Sequence record: OM632664.1
DNA length: 64,000 nucleotides
Strand: one strand, 5' to 3'
From: Escherichia phage BEU5
The notes under the pieces were generated by a model. It saw only the letters and a program-made list of their open reading frames with translations, made no database searches and had not been told where the DNA came from. Within the stretch, counting starts at the first letter, position 1. Every line of letters begins with the position of its first letter. Shown one piece after another: positions 58,479 to 64,000 of this stretch. The position numbers and the translations under genes are program-made.

Positions 58479-59537
58479 ATGGCTAGTATTGATTCTATTG
58501 CCGTATGTAATCCACGGCAGGTACGTAAATTTGTTGAACACTGTATCCGTTCAGGATTGGTTCCATTTATCACTTCATCTCCTGGTATGGGTAAATCTGC
58601 AATTGTTCATCAGATTGCAGAAGACTTTGGCCTGAAACTGATTGACCATCGTCTGTCTACTTCAGCACCAGAAGACCTGTCAGGTCTGCCTCGTTTTAAA
58701 GAAAATGGTCGTGCTGAATTTGCTCCATTTGACGAGCTATTCCCACTGGAAGGGGATACTGTACCTGAAGGATTTAATGGCTGGCTTCTCTTTCTCGATG
58801 AGTTTAACTCTGCTCGTAAAGAGATTCAGGCTGCTGCTTATAAATTGGTACTCGACCGTATGACTGGTCAGAAGAAGCTACATCCTTATGTAGCTATCGT
58901 ATGTGCTGGTAACAAAGCAACTGACCGTGCCATTACTAATAACCTGTCTACAGCTATGCAATCACGTCTTATTCATCTGGAAATGGAGACTGATTTTGAT
59001 GTCTTTATGGAAGATGTAGCTATCCCTAACAAATGGGATGAGCGTGTAATTGCATTCCTGAATGCTAACCCAAATAAACTGAATGATTTTGAACCAGACC
59101 ATCAAGAGAAGACTTTCTGTTGTTCTCGTACATGGGAGTTCGTTAACAAGATTGTTTCCATTCTCCCACCGGGACCGATTGATAGTGAAATGACTCTGCT
59201 ATTAGCAGGCACTATCACCTCTGGTGTAGCAACATCATTCGTCCAGTTTACTCAGGTCTATAGCAACATGGTGTCTTTGAATGAGATTTTGGATAATCCT
59301 AAGAAAGCTCGTATGCCTGAAGACAATAACCTGTTGTGGGCTGTAGTCACTTCACTGATTAACAATACTGACGAAGATAATCATTCGAAAATCTTTGATT
59401 ACGTTGAACGTATGCCATTTACGTTCAAGGTTTTGTACTACCGTTCCGTAGGTAGTCTGGTTCCAGCTTTGGTTAAATTACCGAACTGGCGTGTTGCTGC
59501 AATCACATTATCTAAATACGTTCATGGTTCCAATTAA
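58479..59537 (+). CDS. MoxR-like AAA+ ATPase
   Basis: Walker A SSPGMGKSAIV, Walker B LLFLDEFNSA (MoxR-type DExN), sensor VCAGNKATD. Confidence 0.65.
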   Translation: MASIDSIAVCNPRQVRKFVEHCIRSGLVPFITSSPGMGKSAIVHQIAEDFGLKLIDHRLSTSAPEDLSGLPRFKENGRAEFAPFDELFPLEGDTVPEGFNGWLLFLDEFNSARKEIQAAAYKLVLDRMTGQKKLHPYVAIVCAGNKATDRAITNNLSTAMQSRLIHLEMETDFDVFMEDVAIPNKWDERVIAFLNANPNKLNDFEPDHQEKTFCCSRTWEFVNKIVSILPPGPIDSEMTLLLAGTITSGVATSFVQFTQVYSNMVSLNEILDNPKKARMPEDNNLLWAVVTSLINNTDEDNHSKIFDYVERMPFTFKVLYYRSVGSLVPALVKLPNWRVAAITLSKYVHGSN

Positions 59538-59703
59538 CAAGAAAGGAGTTACAGACCTCCTGTATGTTGCTGGCTTTAACGGTGAAAAAATTACCGTATA
59601 TGCCCCAAGTCTGGCTGCTGCTAAACAAAAGGCAGTTGAATACTTTCGTCCAAAGAAACGTGTAGCCCATACCATTTGGGTTCATCTCGCAGAGGAAAAC
59701 TGA
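59524..59703 (+). CDS. hypothetical small protein
   Basis: Internal Met of track ORF 59491..59703, chosen to limit overlap; no clear RBS. Confidence 0.3.
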   Translation: MVPINKKGVTDLLYVAGFNGEKITVYAPSLAAAKQKAVEYFRPKKRVAHTIWVHLAEEN

Positions 59704-59704
59704 T

Positions 59705-60847
59705 ATGTCCATGACAGATGCTCAATTAACCCGTGAATATGACAGATGTCAGGCTAAAGCCTTTATGGGCAAAACTGCTGCATTCTTTGGTTCACTGTTA
59801 TGTTCTCTGAAGTTCCGTTGGGTAAAAGATGGCTGTGATACAGCACAAACCGATGGTGAGCATCTCGAATGGAATCCTGATTGGTTTGAGAGTCTATTAC
59901 CTGAATCTCGTGTAACAGTACTCATGCATGAACTATGGCATGTCGGCTTACTGCATTCTGTTCGTATGGGTTCTCGTGACCCAGAAGTATGGAATTATGC
60001 CTGTGATATTTATATCAACAATCAGCTTATTCAGGATGGCTACAGCTTTATAGGAATCGAAAATTGCTGGAAAGACTCTAAGTATGCTGGTTGGGCTGAA
60101 GAACAAATCTATGATGACCTCATGAGCAAACAGATACGTCCTCCTAAAGCATCAGGTGCTTTTGGGGCTGGCTCAGGTGGTGACATGAAACCTTCCACTT
60201 CGAAGGCTAGTCAGGTAAATATTGTCAATAATGTAGTAAGAGCCATGCACCAACAGAAACTATCTGGTGGTTCTTTGCCTGGGGTATTACCTGGAAAAAT
60301 GGAAGAAGTTATTACTCAATTCCTGAAACCAGTAGTACCGTGGCAGGTCTTACTTGAACGCTTCTTCAATGACCTGCAAGAAACTTACTACTCATGGCAA
60401 CGGCCTAATCGTAGATACCCTGATATGTACCTACCATCTCCTATGGATGATGACGGTAGACTGGAACATCTGGCTTATTTCCTCGATACATCTGGCTCCA
60501 TTAAACCTAAAGATGCTTTACGCTTTAGCTCTGAAGTGGCCTATGTAAAAGAGAAATACCAGCCTCAGAAGATGACTCTAGTTCAGTTCACTACAGAGAT
60601 TGTAGATGAACAAGTCATTGAAGATGGTGATAAGTTTACTGATGTCACTATCAAAGGACGGGGTGGTACTAGTCTGGTTCCTGTACGTGAGTGGATTATT
60701 AAGCATAAGCCTACTGCTGCCATTATCTTTACTGACTTAGAAGTCAGACCGATGGAGCCATTGCCATTTGACATTCCTGTCATATGGGTAGTTATTCGTA
60801 ACCCTGGTGCACAAGTTCCATTTGGGAAAGTTATTAACATTACATGA
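59705..60847 (+). CDS. VWA-domain protein with N-terminal HExxH metallopeptidase-like motif
   Basis: LMHELWHVGLLH (HExxH) in the N-terminal half; MIDAS-like FLDTSGSI in the C-terminal half; directly downstream of the MoxR-like ATPase. Confidence 0.55.
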   Translation: MSMTDAQLTREYDRCQAKAFMGKTAAFFGSLLCSLKFRWVKDGCDTAQTDGEHLEWNPDWFESLLPESRVTVLMHELWHVGLLHSVRMGSRDPEVWNYACDIYINNQLIQDGYSFIGIENCWKDSKYAGWAEEQIYDDLMSKQIRPPKASGAFGAGSGGDMKPSTSKASQVNIVNNVVRAMHQQKLSGGSLPGVLPGKMEEVITQFLKPVVPWQVLLERFFNDLQETYYSWQRPNRRYPDMYLPSPMDDDGRLEHLAYFLDTSGSIKPKDALRFSSEVAYVKEKYQPQKMTLVQFTTEIVDEQVIEDGDKFTDVTIKGRGGTSLVPVREWIIKHKPTAAIIFTDLEVRPMEPLPFDIPVIWVVIRNPGAQVPFGKVINIT

Positions 60848-60853
60848 GGTTTT

Positions 60854-61360
60854 ATGGTTGTTAATGGAAAACTATTGTTAGGTGCTATACCCATTAAGGG
60901 CATGGTTAACAGTAAACTCAGTTCAGGTGAGACTACATTTGGACTGGGAGAAGCTGGTTATGACATCCGTATTAAACAGGATGTTACCTTCTACCGATTT
61001 CTTGGTTTGATTCCCTGCATCAAGATTAAGGATGAAGGAAAGACCAAGTGGAAGTTTGGCACTTTCACATTAGCTTCTGCAATGGAACGTTTCAATGTAC
61101 CTGCTGGCCTAGTGGGTATTGTCCATGACAAATCTACATGGGCAAGGCGTACATTATCTGTATTTAATACCGTTATTGAACCAGGATGGTCAGGCTATCT
61201 GACTTTAGAACTGGTTTATCACGGTCGTAAAAAACTTCATATCCCTGCTGGTTCAGGTATTGCTCAGGTCATCTTCCATGAGACAGTAGAGAATACTACC
61301 TACAATGGACGATACCAGAACCAGCCTAATCAACCTGTAGCTGCTAAGTCAGCTCGTTAA
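60854..61360 (+). CDS. dcd: dCTP deaminase (dUTPase-fold)
   Basis: GLVGIVHDKSTWARRTLSVFNTVIEPGWSGYLTLELV and IPAGSGIAQVIFHE match dCTP deaminase signatures. Confidence 0.65.
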   Translation: MVVNGKLLLGAIPIKGMVNSKLSSGETTFGLGEAGYDIRIKQDVTFYRFLGLIPCIKIKDEGKTKWKFGTFTLASAMERFNVPAGLVGIVHDKSTWARRTLSVFNTVIEPGWSGYLTLELVYHGRKKLHIPAGSGIAQVIFHETVENTTYNGRYQNQPNQPVAAKSAR

Positions 61361-61373
61361 TTAAGGAAATATC

Positions 61374-61574
61374 ATGTCTATCTTTACTACTAAGGTTAAT
61401 GGTCAGAAAGTTACTGTTGTTGCTCGTAACGTAGCTTACGTTACTGAAAACAGTGAAGGCCGTGGTGTAATTACTTTTACTAACGGTGATTCCATTGATA
61501 CCCAGGTAGGTTATGACTCTATCCGTCGTAACGTAGCTAAAGCACTTGATGGTGCTAAAGACATCGCAGAGTAA
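61374..61574 (+). CDS. hypothetical protein
   Basis: 66-aa ORF; TTAATTAAGGAAAT upstream. Confidence 0.45.
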   Translation: MSIFTTKVNGQKVTVVARNVAYVTENSEGRGVITFTNGDSIDTQVGYDSIRRNVAKALDGAKDIAE

Positions 61575-61649
61575 GGTGTTTACAGTAATGGGGCTATATA
61601 GTAGCCCCATTTATGGAAATTCCTTTCTCCATTGCTTAGTCCCAACTAT

Positions 61650-61672
61650 GCCCACTTTATGTGGGCTTTTTT
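61650..61672 (+). terminator. rho-independent terminator
   Basis: Stem GCCCAC/GTGGGC with loop TTTAT, then TTTTTT. Confidence 0.75.
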
Positions 61673-61687
61673 AATTAGAGACTATGT

Positions 61688-61930
61688 ATGAGCAAACTAG
61701 GTATACACGTTTACATAGATGAAGCCGAGAAGATATACCCCTATACATTATTTAGTTCCAGTGATTTACTTCAGATGAAGGTAAACTCCATCATCGTAAA
61801 CTACTGGTATAACGATAAGAATTGGGATTACTGGGCTGCACGACAGAAGAGTAAGAACAAGAAAGATATATTCAAAAGCAAATCAACTCCACATATGTTT
61901 CCTTGGTATCACAGAAACCGGAGATATTGA
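61688..61930 (+). CDS. hypothetical protein
   Basis: 80-aa ORF. Confidence 0.45.
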   Translation: MSKLGIHVYIDEAEKIYPYTLFSSSDLLQMKVNSIIVNYWYNDKNWDYWAARQKSKNKKDIFKSKSTPHMFPWYHRNRRY

Positions 61931-62391
61931 TGACAAGAATACCATTTTTAAAACCTAGAAAACGAACACCAAAGCTGTATCAAAAGACCTCAGAAGACGG
62001 TTTAGCCTTGAACCAGAAAGCTATTAAGGCCGTTAGTACACTGGTTCAAGGTAAACAGGATGCTGTTGCTTTACGTCTTGTTGTTGAGCAAATCTTAGTT
62101 GCTCTGACACTGGCTCAAGTAGCTAAACAAGAAGGTAAACAAGAAACCTGTAAAACAGCATTAGGTGCTTTGTACTGGTTGTATAAAGACCTTGCTGACA
62201 ACTTTGAAATGTCTATGGATAAGTGGCAGGGCATTTCTTGTGTACTTGCTCTTAGAGAAGGACAGGAATTACTGTCTACTCTACCAAAAGCAGAATTTAA
62301 ACTAGCCTACACTGGAGCACATAAGATTGTTCTTGGTTCCAGTAAGGACATCTTTAACCACCTCAAGCTATTCAAGGCTTTCTATGATTAA
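61930..62391 (+). CDS. hypothetical protein
   Basis: ATG 61930 in a TGATG overlap with the upstream stop; GGAG RBS; 153 aa. Confidence 0.45.
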   Translation: MTRIPFLKPRKRTPKLYQKTSEDGLALNQKAIKAVSTLVQGKQDAVALRLVVEQILVALTLAQVAKQEGKQETCKTALGALYWLYKDLADNFEMSMDKWQGISCVLALREGQELLSTLPKAEFKLAYTGAHKIVLGSSKDIFNHLKLFKAFYD

Positions 62392-63325
62392 TGCAAAAAT
62401 CCTCGCTGATAGTATTACTCTTTCTGGTGACCGTCTGGTAACAATGGAGCTGGTTTATCCGCGTTTTATTCATTCAGAATTTATGACTCACCGAGCACTT
62501 AATCGTAATGCTTCCAGTAGTCGTGCTATTCCTACCCAACGCCTTATTGAGCAAGTTCGTAATGAACCAGTAATGCCAGTACATTGGGGTAAGAACCAGA
62601 AAGGAATGCAGGCAAGTGAAGAACTCACTCCTATGGAGATTAAGGATGCTGAGTTCATTTGGGAAAATGCTGCCTCTGCTGCTGCTGTGTATGCTGAACA
62701 ACTTCGTCGTGGACAAGTACATAAGCAGATTGTTAATCGTATTCTGGAACCATTCACGCATATCCGTGTAGTAGTGACAGCTACTCAATGGAATAACTTC
62801 TTTGGTTTACGTATCCATCCCGATGCTCAACCAGAGATTTGTGAATTGGCTACTAAGATGAAGGAACAGTATGACCAATCAAAACCCCGTACCTTGTTGG
62901 CTGGGGAATGGCATTTGCCGTACATTACTAATAGTGATTACCTCGATGCTTACGATTATTGCAAACATCAACGAATTACTCGTGATGAACCAAGTAGTGA
63001 TGAAATTAATTGCCTGTTAGTAAAAATCTCTGCTGCTCGTTGTGCCCGTGCTTCTTATAACAACTTTAAAGGCACTCCTTCTACTATCGAAGAAGACCTG
63101 CGTTTGTTCTCTAAATTGGTTGAAAGTAAGCCTGTTCACGCAAGTCCTACTGAACATCAAGCAACTCCTCAGCATGTAATGAGTAAAGGCTTAAATGAGC
63201 CTACTGACCCATCTACATGGGAAAATGGCATTAGCCACATGGACAGAAATTTACGTTTATACTCAGGTAATCTGTGTGGCTGGATTCAATTCCGTAAGCT
63301 GCTTGCAGATGAATGCATCCACTAA
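62384..63325 (+). CDS. thyX: ThyX-like flavin-dependent thymidylate synthase (candidate)
   Basis: HSEFMTHRALNRNASSSR and WNNFFGLRIHPDAQPEICELA resemble ThyX RHR...S..R and W..F..LR...AQ.EIRE motifs; neighbour of dCTP deaminase. Start at internal ATG 62384. Confidence 0.5.
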   Translation: MINAKILADSITLSGDRLVTMELVYPRFIHSEFMTHRALNRNASSSRAIPTQRLIEQVRNEPVMPVHWGKNQKGMQASEELTPMEIKDAEFIWENAASAAAVYAEQLRRGQVHKQIVNRILEPFTHIRVVVTATQWNNFFGLRIHPDAQPEICELATKMKEQYDQSKPRTLLAGEWHLPYITNSDYLDAYDYCKHQRITRDEPSSDEINCLLVKISAARCARASYNNFKGTPSTIEEDLRLFSKLVESKPVHASPTEHQATPQHVMSKGLNEPTDPSTWENGISHMDRNLRLYSGNLCGWIQFRKLLADECIH

Positions 63326-63370
63326 GTAGGTCTTTTGTGGGTGTAGACCACTCATAATAAACTCCGCTAT

Positions 63371-63398
63371 TTGCCTCCTACATGGAGGCAATTTTTTT
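63371..63398 (+). terminator. rho-independent terminator
   Basis: Stem TTGCCTCC/GGAGGCAA with loop TACAT, then TTTTTTT. Confidence 0.75.
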
Positions 63399-63422
63399 GA
63401 TTCCATGTACATAGGAGGCCAT

Positions 63423-63656
63423 ATGGCTAAACCACGTAAATTTCGTATTAAGGGTAAGCCTGTAATGGGTAGTGCTGCTGGTCAGTCACATGAGAAAGGA
63501 GACATTGTTTATGAATGCCTTCAGTATGATTACGGCGTTGCTCATGATGACACTCGTGCTACTGGTGTCCCACATACCTCAGTAACTCTTGAGGAAGATG
63601 GTAGCTACCCATTCTTCACTGTTCCTACTCATAACCTGGAAGAAATTCATGATTGA
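63423..63656 (+). CDS. hypothetical protein
   Basis: ATG 63423 with AGGAGG RBS; 77 aa. Confidence 0.5.
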   Translation: MAKPRKFRIKGKPVMGSAAGQSHEKGDIVYECLQYDYGVAHDDTRATGVPHTSVTLEEDGSYPFFTVPTHNLEEIHD

Positions 63657-63975
63657 CCCAAATATCATCCATGCCAAAACAGGCGAATCCCATAAGCTGT
63701 CTGAATATTCCAAAGTAGAAGATATTGCAGTTTGTCCTGCAAATATTGCTTCTCTTTGTATCTGTATTGCAGAGCTATCTAAAGAACGCCAACTATGGCT
63801 ATCTCCTAATAAAACAATGGTTCAGGCAGGTCTGGCAGAAGTACAACGTATGCTGGATGAATGGTCTGAAGACCAGATGTTCATTGATGGCAATGCAGAA
63901 GCAATAACCGATGACATGGCCTCTGATATGGCTGTGTTTGTATTACAAGCAATGGCTGAAAAGCGTAGTAGTTAA
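63649..63975 (+). CDS. hypothetical protein
   Basis: ATG 63649 overlapping the upstream stop; 108 aa. Confidence 0.45.
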   Translation: MIDPNIIHAKTGESHKLSEYSKVEDIAVCPANIASLCICIAELSKERQLWLSPNKTMVQAGLAEVQRMLDEWSEDQMFIDGNAEAITDDMASDMAVFVLQAMAEKRSS

Positions 63976-64000
63976 TTAATAATTTACTGGAGAAAATTCG

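Overview
This window is almost entirely the genome of a lytic N4-like podophage (Schitoviridae type); all calls are from reading the sequence and ORF track by eye, with no database searches run. The anchor is a ~3,500-aa virion RNA polymerase gene on the minus strand (12911-23413), followed by a 19-gene late block (virion proteins, major capsid, portal, SAR-type GH108 endolysin, holin, embedded Rz/Rz1 spanins, large terminase), matching the N4 gp50-gp69 order and count. The plus strand carries the replication module (1-12.9 kb): a family-A DNA polymerase interrupted by an HNH endonuclease ORF, a Cas4-like nuclease, a primase-like protein, an SSB-like protein and a RuvC-like resolvase. It is followed by a tRNA locus with four canonical tRNAs (Asn, Ser, Thr, Pro) plus non-canonical structured elements. 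The plus-strand early region (47.4-64 kb) has three hairpin promoters of the N4 vRNAP type, a two-subunit T7-like RNAP II, dCTP deaminase and a ThyX-like enzyme. The most interesting accessory content is a DUF4326 / Zn-ribbon / macro-like cassette, an SPFH lipoprotein operon, a MoxR AAA+ / VWA-metallopeptidase pair and an Ig-like protein. No integrase, CRISPR array or rRNA was seen. The gene layout is circularly permuted relative to a linear N4 map, so the physical genome end probably lies near 47.3-48.7 kb.
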